A stretch of 64,000 nucleotides of DNA from Alphaproteobacteria bacterium (lineage in GTDB: Bacteria; Pseudomonadota; Alphaproteobacteria; UBA828): NCBI GenBank assembly GCA_965221125.1, contig CBDCRW010000007.1, positions 480,001 to 544,000 of the forward strand, written 5' to 3'. How positions within the stretch are numbered: the first letter of the stretch is position 1; each line of letters starts with the position of its first letter. This document shows, piece after piece, positions 10,908-21,227 of this stretch. The translations under genes and the position numbers were made by a program. Under the pieces are notes generated by a model, which was not told the DNA's origin, did no database searches, and was given only the letters and a program-made list of their open reading frames with translations.

Positions 10908-12989
10908 TCATCCCGAGCGCAGGTAGCGCACCGCCATGTCGCGCTCGAAGAGATAGAGGAGCGTGCGGAGCGCCTGGCCGCGCGCGGATTCCAGCTCGGG
11001 GTCGCGCTCCAGCAGTAATTTCACGTCGTCGCGGGCGACCGCCAGAAGCGCCTCGTGGACGGCGAGGTCGGCGAGGTGAAAGGCCGGCATGCCGCTCTGG
11101 CGCGTGCCCAGCAGCTCGCCGGCGCCCCTGAGCCGCAGGTCCTCCTCGGCGATGCGGAAGCCGTCGTCGGTCTCGCGCAGGATGGCGATGCGGGCGCGCG
11201 CGGTCTCGCCGAGCGGTGCGGCATAGAGCAGCAGGCAGGTGCCGGGCTTCTCGCCGCGCCCGACGCGGCCCCGCAACTGGTGAAGCTGGGCGAGGCCGAA
11301 GCGCTCGGCGTGCTCCACGATCATGATGGTGGCTGTCGGCACGTCGACGCCGACCTCGACCACCGTCGTCGCCACCAGGATGTCGGCGCCGTTGCCGGCG
11401 AAGGCGGCCATGGCGGCGTCCTTCTCCGCCGGCTTCATGCGGCCGTGGATGAGTGCCACGCGCTCGCCGAAGGTCTCTGCCAGTCTGGCGTGGCGGTCGG
11501 TCGCGGCGGCGAGGTCCACGGCCTCCGACTCGTCCACCAGCGGGCAGACCCAGTAGACCTTGGCGCCGGCGGCGCGCGCGCGGCGCACGGCGGCGACGAC
11601 CTCCTCCAGCCGCTCCAGCGGCATGGCGCGGGTCGCGACGGCGGCCCGGCCGGGGAGGCGCCCCTCGATGCGGGAGACGTCCATGTCGCCGTAAGCGGTG
11701 AGCACGAGCGAGCGCGGGATCGGGGTTGCGGTCATCACCAGCAGGTCCGCCGCCGGCCCCTTGCGCGCCAGCATCATGCGCTGGTGCACGCCGAAGCGGT
11801 GCTGCTCGTCGACCACGGCGAGCGCCAGGTCCTTGAAGTCGACGCCCTTCTGGAACAGCGCATGGGTGCCGACCAGGATGTCGACCTCGCCGGTCGCCAA
11901 TGCCGCCAGCGTCCGCTCGCGGGCGCGGCCCGTGTCCCGTCCCGTCAGCAGCGTGAGGGAGACGCCGCTTCCCTCGAGCAGGGCGCCGAGGGTTTCCGCG
12001 TGCTGGTTCGCCAGCAGCTCGGTCGGCACCATCAGCGCGGCCTGCGCGCCGGCCTCGACCGCCACCAGCATGGCGAGCAGCGCGACCACGGTCTTGCCGC
12101 TGCCGACGTCGCCCTGGAGGAGGCGGAGCATGCGGCGCTCCTTCGCGAGGTCACCCGCGATCTCGGCGGCGGCGGCGCGCTGGGTTTCGGTCAGACGGAA
12201 GGGGAGCGCCGCCTCGATCCTGGCGCGGAGCGTGCCGTCGCCCGTGATGGCGCGGCCGCGCCCGCCCCTGGCGGAGCGGCGGACCAGCGCCAGCGCCAGC
12301 TGGTTCGCCAGCAGCTCGTCGTAGGCGAGGCGCGAGCGCAGCGGGGTGTCCGCCTCCAGGTCGGCGGCATCTTCGGGCGCGTGCGCGGCCGTCAGCGCCT
12401 CGTTCCAGGGCGGCCAGCGGCGGGCCTCGACCAGCCGGGGCTCGATCCATTCCGGCAGCGCCGGCGCCTTCGCGAGAGCGGCGCGCACGGCGCGGGTCAT
12501 CGGCTTCAGCGTCACCCCTGCCGTCAGCGGATAGATGGGCTCGACCGTCTGCACGCTGTCCCGCTCGTCGAGCGGCGCGATGTGGTCGGGGTGCGCCATC
12601 TGGATCTCGCTGCCGTAATGCTCGACGCGGCCGCTCACCACGCGCACGGCCCCCTCGGGCAGCTTCTGGCGCAGCCAGTCCCCCTTGGCATGAAAGAAGA
12701 CGAGGGTGAGCGTGCCGGTCTCGTCCGAGCAGAAGACCCTGGTCGGGCGCCGCCGGTCGGGGGAGGGCTGGTGCCGGTCGACGCGCACGGTGAGCGTCGC
12801 CGTGGCGCCGGCCTCGGCCTCGGCGACCTTGGGCGCGTGGCGCCGGTCGATCAGACCGGAGGGCAAGTGCCAGAGCAGGTGCACCACGAGCGGGCCGGCC
12901 AGCCGCTCGATGGCCGCGCGCGTGCGGGCGCCGACCCCCGGCAGCACCGTCGCGGGCGCGAACAGCGGATTGAGGATCGCCGGGCGCAT
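10908..12989 (-). CDS. recG: ATP-dependent DNA helicase RecG
   Basis: LQGDVGSGKT, VDEQHRFGV, MTATPIPR, QLHQLRGRVGRG, DGF.IAEEDL.LRG.G. Confidence 0.97.
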   Translation of the reverse strand: MRPAILNPLFAPATVLPGVGARTRAAIERLAGPLVVHLLWHLPSGLIDRRHAPKVAEAEAGATATLTVRVDRHQPSPDRRRPTRVFCSDETGTLTLVFFHAKGDWLRQKLPEGAVRVVSGRVEHYGSEIQMAHPDHIAPLDERDSVQTVEPIYPLTAGVTLKPMTRAVRAALAKAPALPEWIEPRLVEARRWPPWNEALTAAHAPEDAADLEADTPLRSRLAYDELLANQLALALVRRSARGGRGRAITGDGTLRARIEAALPFRLTETQRAAAAEIAGDLAKERRMLRLLQGDVGSGKTVVALLAMLVAVEAGAQAALMVPTELLANQHAETLGALLEGSGVSLTLLTGRDTGRARERTLAALATGEVDILVGTHALFQKGVDFKDLALAVVDEQHRFGVHQRMMLARKGPAADLLVMTATPIPRSLVLTAYGDMDVSRIEGRLPGRAAVATRAMPLERLEEVVAAVRRARAAGAKVYWVCPLVDESEAVDLAAATDRHARLAETFGERVALIHGRMKPAEKDAAMAAFAGNGADILVATTVVEVGVDVPTATIMIVEHAERFGLAQLHQLRGRVGRGEKPGTCLLLYAAPLGETARARIAILRETDDGFRIAEEDLRLRGAGELLGTRQSGMPAFHLADLAVHEALLAVARDDVKLLLERDPELESARGQALRTLLYLFERDMAVRYLRSG

Positions 12990-13036
12990 GGTGCGTGCAG
13001 CCTATCCGCGCGGTTTGCGGCGGCCAACCGCGCATG

Positions 13037-13061
13037 GAGCGCTTCCGTTTTTGCACGGAAA
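13037..13061. repeat. Dispersed palindromic repeat, degenerate copy
   Basis: GAGCGCTTCCGTTTTTGCACGGAAA resembles 49586-49609. Confidence 0.55.
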
Positions 13062-13092
13062 GGCCTTAAGGCGGGATATTCCGGCATACGCC

Positions 13093-13169
13093 GGCACAAA
13101 GTGGCACAAGGTGGCACAAGGTGGCACGAAACGGGCGGCACAAAGTGGCACAAGCTGGCACAAGGTGGC
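13093..13169. repeat. Tandem 10-bp repeat array GGCACAA(A/G)GT, 7 units (4+3)
   Basis: Units start at 13093, 13103, 13113, 13123, 13137, 13147, 13157. Confidence 0.9.
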
Positions 13170-13364
13170 CCGCCCCGGCGGCGGCAGGAGCCGGATAAAC
13201 GAGCGCCCGGCGACGAGCCGGCTCCCCGGCGCCGCTCCGGCCCGACTCCCCCGGAAGTGCGATGGTCTGCGCGCTGCATCCGCAGAGCCTGCCCCCACGC
13301 GCCCGCCCCGTGCACCGCACCATGGTGCGGAGGGCGGCCTGCGTCCGTCGAAGTCGGAGGCGGG

Positions 13365-14051
13365 CTAGAACGGCACGCCGACGGCGCGGCAGAGGAAGGC
13401 GGTGAGCTCGCTGCCGGCGCGGGCGATCGACGCGAAGCGGTCGAGGAAGTCGGGGCGGATCGCGTCGTCCTCGGGGATGTCGGCGATCGCGACGAAGTCC
13501 TTGCGCTTCAAGTCCTCGATCAGCGGGTGCTCGGGGTCGTAGCCGCGCGGCGGGCGCTTGAGCGCCTCGCCCGCGAGCCGGAAGGTCCGGCAGAAGGCGT
13601 CGGAGGCGGTAATCCGCGTCCATTCCTCCGGCCGCTCCGCGATCGCGTCCCGGATGCGGCCGAGGGTGGGGCTGTCCGGGTGCCAGACGCCGCAGCCGGC
13701 GAAGCACATGCCGGGCTCCAGGTGGAGGTAGAAGCCGGGCGCGTGCGCGTCCTTGCCCGCCTCGTGGCGGAAGTGGGCGCCGACGTTGGTCTTGTAGGGC
13801 GTCTTGTCCTTGGAGAAGCGCGTGTCCCGGTAGATGCGGAAGAGCGAGCCGCCGTTGGCCCGGGGATCGGCGCGGAAGTGCGGGCTGATCTCCGCCAGCG
13901 GCTCGGCGAAGGCCTGGATGAAGTCGAGCATGGGGTCCCGCACCTCGGCCCGGTAGCGCGCCTTGTTCGCCTCGAACCAGGGCCGCTCGTTGTTGTCCCT
14001 GAGCTCCCGCAGGAAGTCGAAGAGCGGCGGCGCGATAAGCTGTGCGGTCAT
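13365..14051 (-). CDS. DUF2461 (TIGR02453) family protein
   Basis: FLRELRDNNERPWFEANK, FRIYRDTRFSKDKTPYK, GFYLHLEPG, LKR.PRGY. Confidence 0.92.
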   Translation of the reverse strand: MTAQLIAPPLFDFLRELRDNNERPWFEANKARYRAEVRDPMLDFIQAFAEPLAEISPHFRADPRANGGSLFRIYRDTRFSKDKTPYKTNVGAHFRHEAGKDAHAPGFYLHLEPGMCFAGCGVWHPDSPTLGRIRDAIAERPEEWTRITASDAFCRTFRLAGEALKRPPRGYDPEHPLIEDLKRKDFVAIADIPEDDAIRPDFLDRFASIARAGSELTAFLCRAVGVPF

Positions 14052-14165
14052 GGACTCCTCTCCAGGCAGGGGTGCGGCGCGCGCCACCTTTGCACAGCGA
14101 AGGCGGCGGCCATAGAGCCGTGCTAGATTGACGCCAATCGATCCCCATAACGGCAGAGATTTCCG

Positions 14166-15590
14166 ATGGCCCTCGCCCAAGCGACCGCCCCGCAGCCCGA
14201 ACCCGCACCGAGCGAGCCGATCGCGCGCACGCTCGCCCGGTTTGCCCGCGAACTTTCGCTCGACGACGTGCCCGCGCCGGTGGTCGAGCGCGCCAAGCTG
14301 CACATCCTCGATGCCTTGGGCATCGGCCTCGCGGCGTCGCGCTACGACTTCAGCCACAAGACGCTGACGGCGATCCAGGGGCTCGCCGGCGACGGGGCCT
14401 ATCCCGTCATCGGCATGCCGGCGGCGCTGCCGCTGCGCGATGCGGCGCAGATGAACGGATTCCTGATCCACGGCCTCGACTACGACGACACGCACGTGGG
14501 CGGCGTGATCCATGCCACGGCGAGCGCGGTGCCGACGGTGCTGGCTGCCGGCCAGTGGCACGGCGCCTCGGGGCGGGAGACGCTCGCGGCCTACCTCGCC
14601 GCCATCGAGGGCGCGGCGCGGATCGCCGCCGCAGCGCAGGGCGGGTTCCATCGGCTGGGCTTCCACCCCACCGGCATGGTGGGCGTGTTCGGCGCCGCGC
14701 TGGCCGCCGGCCGGCTCGCGGGCATGACGGAAGCGCAGCTCGCCCACGCGCAGGGCATCGCGCTCAGCATGGCGTCCGGCAGCCTGCAGTTCCTCGATGA
14801 CGGCGCGTGGACCAAGCGGATGCACCCCGGTTGGGCGTCGGTCGCCGGGATCAGCGCTGCGGCGCTGGCTCAGCAGGGCTTCCAGGGGCCGGCCGAGCCC
14901 TACGAGGGGCGCTTCGGCCTCTACGCGCTCTACGGCGCGCACGATGCGGAGATCGACTGGCCGGCATGCACCCGCGGCTTGGGCGAGGACTGGGAGATGC
15001 TGCGCATCGGCATCAAGCCCTACCCGGCTTGCCACCTGGTCCATGCGCTGGGCGACGCGGCGCAGGCGCTCCGCGACGAGCACGGGCTCGCACCGGACGA
15101 CGTGGAGAGCGTGGATGCGCTGATCGGCGAGGGCTGCGTCAGCGTCGTCTGCGAGCCGGAAGCCGCCAAGCGCCGCCCGGCCAGCGCCTACGAGGCGCAG
15201 TTCAGCGTGCACTACATGATCGCGAGCGTGCTCGCGCGCGGTCGCTTCACCCTGGCCGAGCTGGAGCCCGAGGCCTACACCGACCCGCACGTGCTGGCGC
15301 TCTGCGACCGGATCGGCTACCGCGTCGATCCCGACTCGGCCTTCCCCACCTACTACTCGGGCGAGGTCGTGATCCGCACCGCCGACGGCCGCACGCTGCG
15401 GCACCGCGAGCAGGTGAACCGGGGCGCCGACAGCCGCCCATTGGGCGCGGACGAGATCGTGGCCAAGTTCCGCGACAACGCCGCGATGACGCTGGCACCG
15501 GACCGGGCCGAGCGCGCGCTGGATGCGATCATGGCGCTCGACGGGGACTCGACGCCTGCGGAGGTGGCGCAGCTGCTGAGCTTCGCCTGA
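14166..15590 (+). CDS. MmgE/PrpD family protein
   Basis: HGLDYDDTH, GFHPTG, KRMHPG, KPYPACH, AQFS. Confidence 0.92.
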   Translation: MALAQATAPQPEPAPSEPIARTLARFARELSLDDVPAPVVERAKLHILDALGIGLAASRYDFSHKTLTAIQGLAGDGAYPVIGMPAALPLRDAAQMNGFLIHGLDYDDTHVGGVIHATASAVPTVLAAGQWHGASGRETLAAYLAAIEGAARIAAAAQGGFHRLGFHPTGMVGVFGAALAAGRLAGMTEAQLAHAQGIALSMASGSLQFLDDGAWTKRMHPGWASVAGISAAALAQQGFQGPAEPYEGRFGLYALYGAHDAEIDWPACTRGLGEDWEMLRIGIKPYPACHLVHALGDAAQALRDEHGLAPDDVESVDALIGEGCVSVVCEPEAAKRRPASAYEAQFSVHYMIASVLARGRFTLAELEPEAYTDPHVLALCDRIGYRVDPDSAFPTYYSGEVVIRTADGRTLRHREQVNRGADSRPLGADEIVAKFRDNAAMTLAPDRAERALDAIMALDGDSTPAEVAQLLSFA

Positions 15591-15651
15591 CGGGGAGCGG
15601 GCGCGACGCAGGCCGTGACCCTGGCGAGAATTGCGGGCTAGGAGTCCGTCG

Positions 15652-16578
15652 ATGACCGAAGGCCGAGCCGACCTGTCTGCGTGGCGCGAGCCGCAGGCGC
15701 TGATCGAGACCGGCGCGCTCGAGGCGCGCCTCGCAGAGCCCGGACTTCGCATCGTGGACTGCACGACGTGGCTGAAGCCGGCCGAGCCGGGGGACGACGC
15801 GCCTTATCGTGTCGTCCCCGGCCGGGCGGAGTACGACGAGGCACATATCCCCGGCGCGGTCTTTCTCGACATCCAGGGGACGATTTCCGATCCCGACACG
15901 CGCCTCAAGTTCATGGCGCCGGTGCCCGAGCAGTTCGCGGACGCCATGGGCGCGCTCGGCATCGGGGACGACTCCCGTGTCGTGCTGTACTCGGCCGGCA
16001 GCATCATGTGGGCGACACGGGTCTGGTGGATGCTGCGCGCCTTCGGCTTCGAGGGGGCGGCGGTGCTCGACGGCGGCTGGGAGAAGTGGAAGGCGGAGGG
16101 CCGCCCCGTCTCCGCCGAGCCGGGACGCTACCCGCCGGCGCGCTTCACCGCGACGCTGAAGGCCGGCCAGTTCGTCGACAGCGCGTACGTGCGCTCCCGG
16201 CTGGGCGATGGCGGCGCCGTCATGGTGAACGCGCTCGCGCCCGAGTTTCACCTGGGCGAGGGACCGAGCCGCTACGGGCGACCGGGGCGGATTCCGGGGA
16301 GCGTCAACGTGCCCGCCGCCACCCTGCTCGATGCGGCGGCGAACGGCGCCTTCGTGCCGCTGGACGACGCGCGGCGGCTGCACGAGGACGCCGGCGTCAC
16401 GCCGGACCGCCACGTGGTCGCCTACTGCGGCGGCGGCATCTCCGCCACGATCGGCCTGTTCCTCCTGCACCAGCTCGGCTACCGTGACCTCACCCTCTAC
16501 GACGGCTCGATGGGCGACTGGGCGCAGGACTCCGCCCTGCCCATCGAAACCGGCCCGCAAGCGGACGAGACCCCATGA
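15652..16578 (+). CDS. Tandem-rhodanese sulfurtransferase
   Basis: HIPGAVFLD, RVWWML, LDGG, GRIPGS, YCGGG, LYDGSM.DW. Confidence 0.92.
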   Translation: MTEGRADLSAWREPQALIETGALEARLAEPGLRIVDCTTWLKPAEPGDDAPYRVVPGRAEYDEAHIPGAVFLDIQGTISDPDTRLKFMAPVPEQFADAMGALGIGDDSRVVLYSAGSIMWATRVWWMLRAFGFEGAAVLDGGWEKWKAEGRPVSAEPGRYPPARFTATLKAGQFVDSAYVRSRLGDGGAVMVNALAPEFHLGEGPSRYGRPGRIPGSVNVPAATLLDAAANGAFVPLDDARRLHEDAGVTPDRHVVAYCGGGISATIGLFLLHQLGYRDLTLYDGSMGDWAQDSALPIETGPQADETP

Positions 16579-17462
16579 CGCTCCGGTTCCACAAGCTCCA
16601 CCCCGTGTTCGCCGCCGAGGCGAGCGCGCTCGATCTCCGTGCCGTGCACGACGCGGCGACGCTCGAGCAGATCCGGGCAGGCATGGACGAGCACGCGGTG
16701 CTCGTGTTCCGCGATCAGGCGTTCTCGAGCGAGGAGCAACTGGCCTTCGCCATCCGGCTCGACGGCGAGCTTCACCGCAAGACCGGCATCAGCGTGCTGC
16801 ACAAGAGCCGATTCGGCGACGAAGCGCTCACGGATGTCTCCAACGTGGGCGCGGACGGCGCGCTGCTGGAGGCGCACGACCGGAAGCGCCAGTACGGCAT
16901 CGCGAACCGCCTCTGGCACACCGATGCGTCGTTTCAGGACCCGCGCGGCCGCTACTCCATGCTGGCCGCCCTCGTGCTGCCGCAGGTCGCGTCCGATACC
17001 GAGTTCGCGGACATGCGGGCCGCCTACGACACGCTGGCGGACGAGACCAAGGCGAGCCTCGAGGGCCTGCGCGTGCACCATTCGATCGCGTACTCGCGCG
17101 TGACGCTCGGCTTCGAGTTCTCCGACGAGGAGAGCGACCGGCTCAAGGGGGCGATCCAGCCGCTGGTGCTGGAGAACCCACGCACCGGGCGGCGCTCCAT
17201 CTACCTCGCCTCGCACGCCTCGCGGATCCTCGACCGGCCGGTGCCGGACGGCCGCCTCCTGCTGCGCGACCTCATGGAGCACGCGACCCGGCCGGAACTG
17301 GTCTACCGGCACTCGTGGCGCGACGGCGACTTCCTGGTCTGGGACAACCGCGCCACCATGCACCGGGCGCGCCCCTTCGACGACACGGTGCACCGGCGCG
17401 AGATGCGCCGCGTCACCACGCTCGACACCGGCGACCCGGCGCGGGTCGCGCAGGCCGTTTAG
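16575..17462 (+). CDS. TauD/TfdA Fe(II)/2-oxoglutarate dioxygenase
   Basis: WHTDASF, TEFADMRAAYD, WDNRATMHR. Confidence 0.93.
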   Translation: MTLRFHKLHPVFAAEASALDLRAVHDAATLEQIRAGMDEHAVLVFRDQAFSSEEQLAFAIRLDGELHRKTGISVLHKSRFGDEALTDVSNVGADGALLEAHDRKRQYGIANRLWHTDASFQDPRGRYSMLAALVLPQVASDTEFADMRAAYDTLADETKASLEGLRVHHSIAYSRVTLGFEFSDEESDRLKGAIQPLVLENPRTGRRSIYLASHASRILDRPVPDGRLLLRDLMEHATRPELVYRHSWRDGDFLVWDNRATMHRARPFDDTVHRREMRRVTTLDTGDPARVAQAV

Positions 17463-17514
17463 GGTTTACGCGGGCGTCGGGACTCCCCTTCCCAACTAAG
17501 GCGGGACCGCGAGT

Positions 17515-18759
17515 CTACGCGGGGCCGTCGTCGCGGAGGATGGTGCCGTCGGCTTCGAGGGCCTCGATCTCGTCCGCGCCGTAGCCCAACTCGGCGAGGA
17601 TGGCGGCGGTGTCGGCGCCGAGCGCGGGGGCCGCGTGGCGGGGCATGACGGCGCCGTCCACGGTGATGGGCTGGCGCACCATGCGCATGGTGCCGCGCTC
17701 CGGGTGCGGCACCTCCTGGACCATGCGGCGCTCGGCGGCGAAGTCGCTCGCGAGCGCGCCGGCCACGTCGTTGACGGGCGCGATGGGCAGCACGCCGCTG
17801 AGGCGCTCCAGCCATGCCTCGGTGGTCCGCGTGAGGAACACCGCCTCCAGCCGGCGCACGACCTCTTCCCGGTTCTCGTAGCGCGCGGCGAAATCCCGCA
17901 TGAGGGGATCGTCGATCCACTCCGGGCGCTCCATGGCGCGGCAGAGGGCGGGCCAGAAGTTCGCCTTGTTGGCCATGACGAAGAGCCAGCCGTCGGCGGT
18001 GCGGTAGAGCTCGCTCGGCACCAGCGAGGGATGGCCGGAGCGGGCCACGCGCTTCGGCTCGAAGCCCTCGTTGAGGTGCCAGGTCGCGGGGTAGCTCAGG
18101 TTGTTCATCGCCACGTCGTAGAGGGGCGTGTCGATGTCCATGCCCCGGCCGCTGGCGCGCGCGCGCATGACGCCCGAGACCAGCGCGAGCGCCGCGGTGA
18201 GCCCGCCCATGAAGTCGACGACGGAGAGGCCGAAGCGGGTGGGCACGCTGTCCGGCTCCCCGGTCATGGAGAGGTAGCCGGCCTCCGCCTGCATCACGTA
18301 GTCGAGGCCGGGCCAGGCGGCACGCTCGTTGTCGCGGCCGTAGGCCGAGAGGTGCACACAGACGAGGCGCGCATTGACCGGGCCGAGGCTCGCGTAGTCG
18401 AGCCCGAGGCTGCCTGGCAGGTCGCCCCGCAGGTTGTTGATGAGCGCATCGGCGCGCCTCGCCAGCCGCTCCAGAATCTCGCGGCCGCGCGGCTTCTTCA
18501 GGTCGAGCGCGATGCAGCGCTTGTTGCAGCTGAAGGTCTGGTAGAACAGGCTGTCGCCGTCCTCGGCGTAGGGCAGGACGTGGCGGCCCATCTCGCCGCC
18601 GGCCTTGTGGTTCTCGATCTTGATGACGTCGGCGCCGAGATCGGCCAGGTACATGGTGCCGAAGGGGGCCGCGCCGTACTGCTCGATGGAGACGACGGTG
18701 AGCCCTTCGAGCGGCCGGACCGGGCTTGCCGGCGCCGGCGCGGCAGCCTCGTCGCTCAC
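17515..18759 (-). CDS. CaiB/BaiF class III CoA-transferase
   Basis: LADLGADVIKIE, NKRCIALDLK, AP.LG.DT. Confidence 0.92.
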   Translation of the reverse strand: MSDEAAAPAPASPVRPLEGLTVVSIEQYGAAPFGTMYLADLGADVIKIENHKAGGEMGRHVLPYAEDGDSLFYQTFSCNKRCIALDLKKPRGREILERLARRADALINNLRGDLPGSLGLDYASLGPVNARLVCVHLSAYGRDNERAAWPGLDYVMQAEAGYLSMTGEPDSVPTRFGLSVVDFMGGLTAALALVSGVMRARASGRGMDIDTPLYDVAMNNLSYPATWHLNEGFEPKRVARSGHPSLVPSELYRTADGWLFVMANKANFWPALCRAMERPEWIDDPLMRDFAARYENREEVVRRLEAVFLTRTTEAWLERLSGVLPIAPVNDVAGALASDFAAERRMVQEVPHPERGTMRMVRQPITVDGAVMPRHAAPALGADTAAILAELGYGADEIEALEADGTILRDDGPA

Positions 18760-19925
18760 GCCGGATTACGCTCGATCAGCTGGCGCGCGATGATCAGCCG
18801 CTGGATCTCGTTGGTGCCCTCGCCGATGCAAAGGAGTGGCGCGTCGCGGTACATCCGCTCGATCGGGAACTCCTTCGAGTAGCCGTAGCCGCCGTGGATG
18901 CGCATGGCCTCGATGCTGTTCTCGAGCGCGGCCTCGGTGGCGAAGAGCTTGGCGATGCCGGCCTCCATGTCGCAGCGCTGGCCGGTCTCGTAGGCGAGCG
19001 CCGCGCGCTCGGTCAGCAGCCGCGCGGCCTCGGTGCGGGTCACCATGTCGGCGAGCTTGATCTGGATCGCCTGGTGCTGGCAGATCGCCTTGCCGAAGGT
19101 CTTGCGCTCCTGGGAGTAGCGCACGGCCTCGTCGAGGCAGGACTGGGCGACGCCGACGCCGCGGGCGGCGACGTTGATGCGGCCCAACTCCAGCCCGCTG
19201 AGCGCGTGCTGCAGGCCCTTGCCCTCGACGCCGCCGATGAGCTTGTCTGCGTCGACGCGGTAGTCCTCGAAGGCGAGCTCGGCCGTGTCGATCCCCCGAT
19301 AGCCGAGCTTCTGGAGCTTGCGGCTCACCCGAAAACCCTCGCCCTTCTCGGCGAGGAAGAGGCTCATGCCCTTGTGGCGGGGCTCGGCGTCGGGGTCGGT
19401 CTTGACCAGGAGCGCCAGGCAGGAGCCGTGGATGCTGTTGGTGATCCAGGTCTTGGCGCCGTTGATGACGTAGGCGTTGTTGCCCTCGCGCTTGGCCGTG
19501 GTGCGAATCGCCTGCAGGTCGGTGCCGCAGTCGGGCTCCGTGAGTGCGAGGCCGCCGCGCAGCTCGCCCGAGGCGAAGCGGGGCAGGTAGTCCTGGCGCT
19601 GGTCGTCGGTGCCGAAGCGCTCGACGGCGGCCGCCATGATGAGGTGCGAGTTGATGAGGCCGCTCACCGACATCCAGGCGTGGGAGAGCCGCTCGATGAC
19701 CTTGGCGTAGGTGGTGACCGGCAGGCCGAGGCCGCCGTACTCCTCGGCGATGGTGGCGCCGAAGAGGCCCATCTCCTTCATCTTCTCGACGATGTCTTCG
19801 GGGTAGATGTCGTCGTGCTCCAGCGCGGCGACGTGGGGGCGGACGTCGCGGTCCAGGAACCGCTCGATTCCGTCGAGGATCAGCGCTTCCTGCTCGGCAT
19901 CCACCGTCTCGGCCCGGTCCGCCAT
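18756..19925 (-). CDS. Acyl-CoA dehydrogenase
   Basis: LTEPDCGTD, NGAKTWITN, HGGYGY, IGEGTNEIQR. Confidence 0.94.
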   Translation of the reverse strand: MADRAETVDAEQEALILDGIERFLDRDVRPHVAALEHDDIYPEDIVEKMKEMGLFGATIAEEYGGLGLPVTTYAKVIERLSHAWMSVSGLINSHLIMAAAVERFGTDDQRQDYLPRFASGELRGGLALTEPDCGTDLQAIRTTAKREGNNAYVINGAKTWITNSIHGSCLALLVKTDPDAEPRHKGMSLFLAEKGEGFRVSRKLQKLGYRGIDTAELAFEDYRVDADKLIGGVEGKGLQHALSGLELGRINVAARGVGVAQSCLDEAVRYSQERKTFGKAICQHQAIQIKLADMVTRTEAARLLTERAALAYETGQRCDMEAGIAKLFATEAALENSIEAMRIHGGYGYSKEFPIERMYRDAPLLCIGEGTNEIQRLIIARQLIERNPA

Positions 19926-20099
19926 CGCCCTTAACTCCCGCTCCATAGTATGAGGGCCGCGAGCATATCCCGCGTGCCGGGTATAGAAAATGCTTGAGGC
20001 TGCGTGCTCTGGGCGGTATGTCAATCTGTCTTGGTATCGACGACGTTGGCCCCAAGGGGGCGGCGAGACCCCTGCGCGGGCGAAGGGACGCTGGGAGCC

Positions 20100-21227
20100 A
20101 TGGCCGAACGCGGCGATGTAGAAATCAGGGGCGTGACCAAGCGGTTCGGCCCCACGGTTGCTGTCGAGGACATCGACCTCACGATTCCCGACGGGTCTTA
20201 CTGTTGTCTGCTCGGGCCGAGCGGTTGCGGCAAGACGACGCTGCTCCGCATCATCGCGGGCCACGAGGTGCCGACCGAGGGCGACGTGCTGATCGGCGGC
20301 GAATCGGTGATCGGCAAGCCCACCGGGCAGCGCGGCACGTCGATGATGTTCCAGAGCTACGCGCTCTTCCCGCATCTGACCGTGCTCGACAACGTGGCCT
20401 TCAGCCTGAAGATGAAGGGCGTGAAGAAGGGCGAGCGCCGCGAGCGCGCCTACGAGGTGCTGCAGCGCGTGCAGCTCGACCCCCTGGCCGACCGCATGCC
20501 GGCGCAGCTTTCCGGCGGGCAGCAGCAGCGTGTCGCGCTCGCCCGCTCGCTGATCACGAATCCTAAGGTGCTGCTGCTGGACGAGCCGCTGTCGGCGCTG
20601 GACGAGTTCCTGCGCCTGCAGATGCGCGCGGAGCTGAAGTTCATCCAGATCGACCTCGGCATCACCTTCATTCACGTCACCCACACCCAGCCCGAAGCGC
20701 TGGCCATCGCCGACATGGTCGTGGTGATGGACACCGGCCGCATCGAGCAGGCGGCGACGGGGCCGGAGATCTACGACCAGCCGCGCACCACCTATGTCGC
20801 CGAGTTCATGGGCGGCTGGAACGTGTTCGCCGGCAAGGTGTCGGGCGTTCAGGACGATGTGGTGACGGTTGCGGGCACCGAAGGCGATCAGTTCCAGTTG
20901 CCGCGCAACGGCCACGAGGTCGGCCAGGAGGTCAACTTCGGCATCCGCCGCGACAAGGTGCACATGGCGGGCGGGAGCGTCGATCTGGGCCGGGGCAACA
21001 CGTTGGGCGGCACGGTCCACGCCATCGAGTATCAGGGCAACTGGGTCAAGCTCACCATGACCCGGGAGCAGAAGCGGGACCTCGTCGCGGTGATCGAGGA
21101 CCGCGAGTACTTCGCCAACCCGGCCAAGGTGGGCGACCAGGTCACCGTCACCTGGGCGAGCGAGGACGTGCGCCTGATGGATCGCGCCACCGGCGCCCAG
21201 AACCTGATCGGAGAGAGCTTCGACTAA
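20100..21227 (+). CDS. ABC ATP-binding protein (PotA-like)
   Basis: GPSGCGKT, LSGGQQQRVALAR, LLLDEPLSALD, C-terminal TOBE-like region. Confidence 0.93.
   Translation: MAERGDVEIRGVTKRFGPTVAVEDIDLTIPDGSYCCLLGPSGCGKTTLLRIIAGHEVPTEGDVLIGGESVIGKPTGQRGTSMMFQSYALFPHLTVLDNVAFSLKMKGVKKGERRERAYEVLQRVQLDPLADRMPAQLSGGQQQRVALARSLITNPKVLLLDEPLSALDEFLRLQMRAELKFIQIDLGITFIHVTHTQPEALAIADMVVVMDTGRIEQAATGPEIYDQPRTTYVAEFMGGWNVFAGKVSGVQDDVVTVAGTEGDQFQLPRNGHEVGQEVNFGIRRDKVHMAGGSVDLGRGNTLGGTVHAIEYQGNWVKLTMTREQKRDLVAVIEDREYFANPAKVGDQVTVTWASEDVRLMDRATGAQNLIGESFD

Noticed and set aside
13093-13169. CRISPR array
   Set aside because: Units are 10 bp with no spacers, and there are no cas genes in the window.
11055-14126. 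1023-aa + strand ORF, and similar long ORFs (24610-26649, 53664-56393, 61667-63622)
   Set aside because: Antisense or off-frame shadows of well-supported genes in high-GC DNA; no motifs.
13365-15764. Apparent 799-aa protein
   Set aside because: Only 13365-14051 (DUF2461, with its own RBS) is supported; the extension is antisense to the PrpD-family gene. The 835-aa reading of the acyl-CoA dehydrogenase has the same problem.
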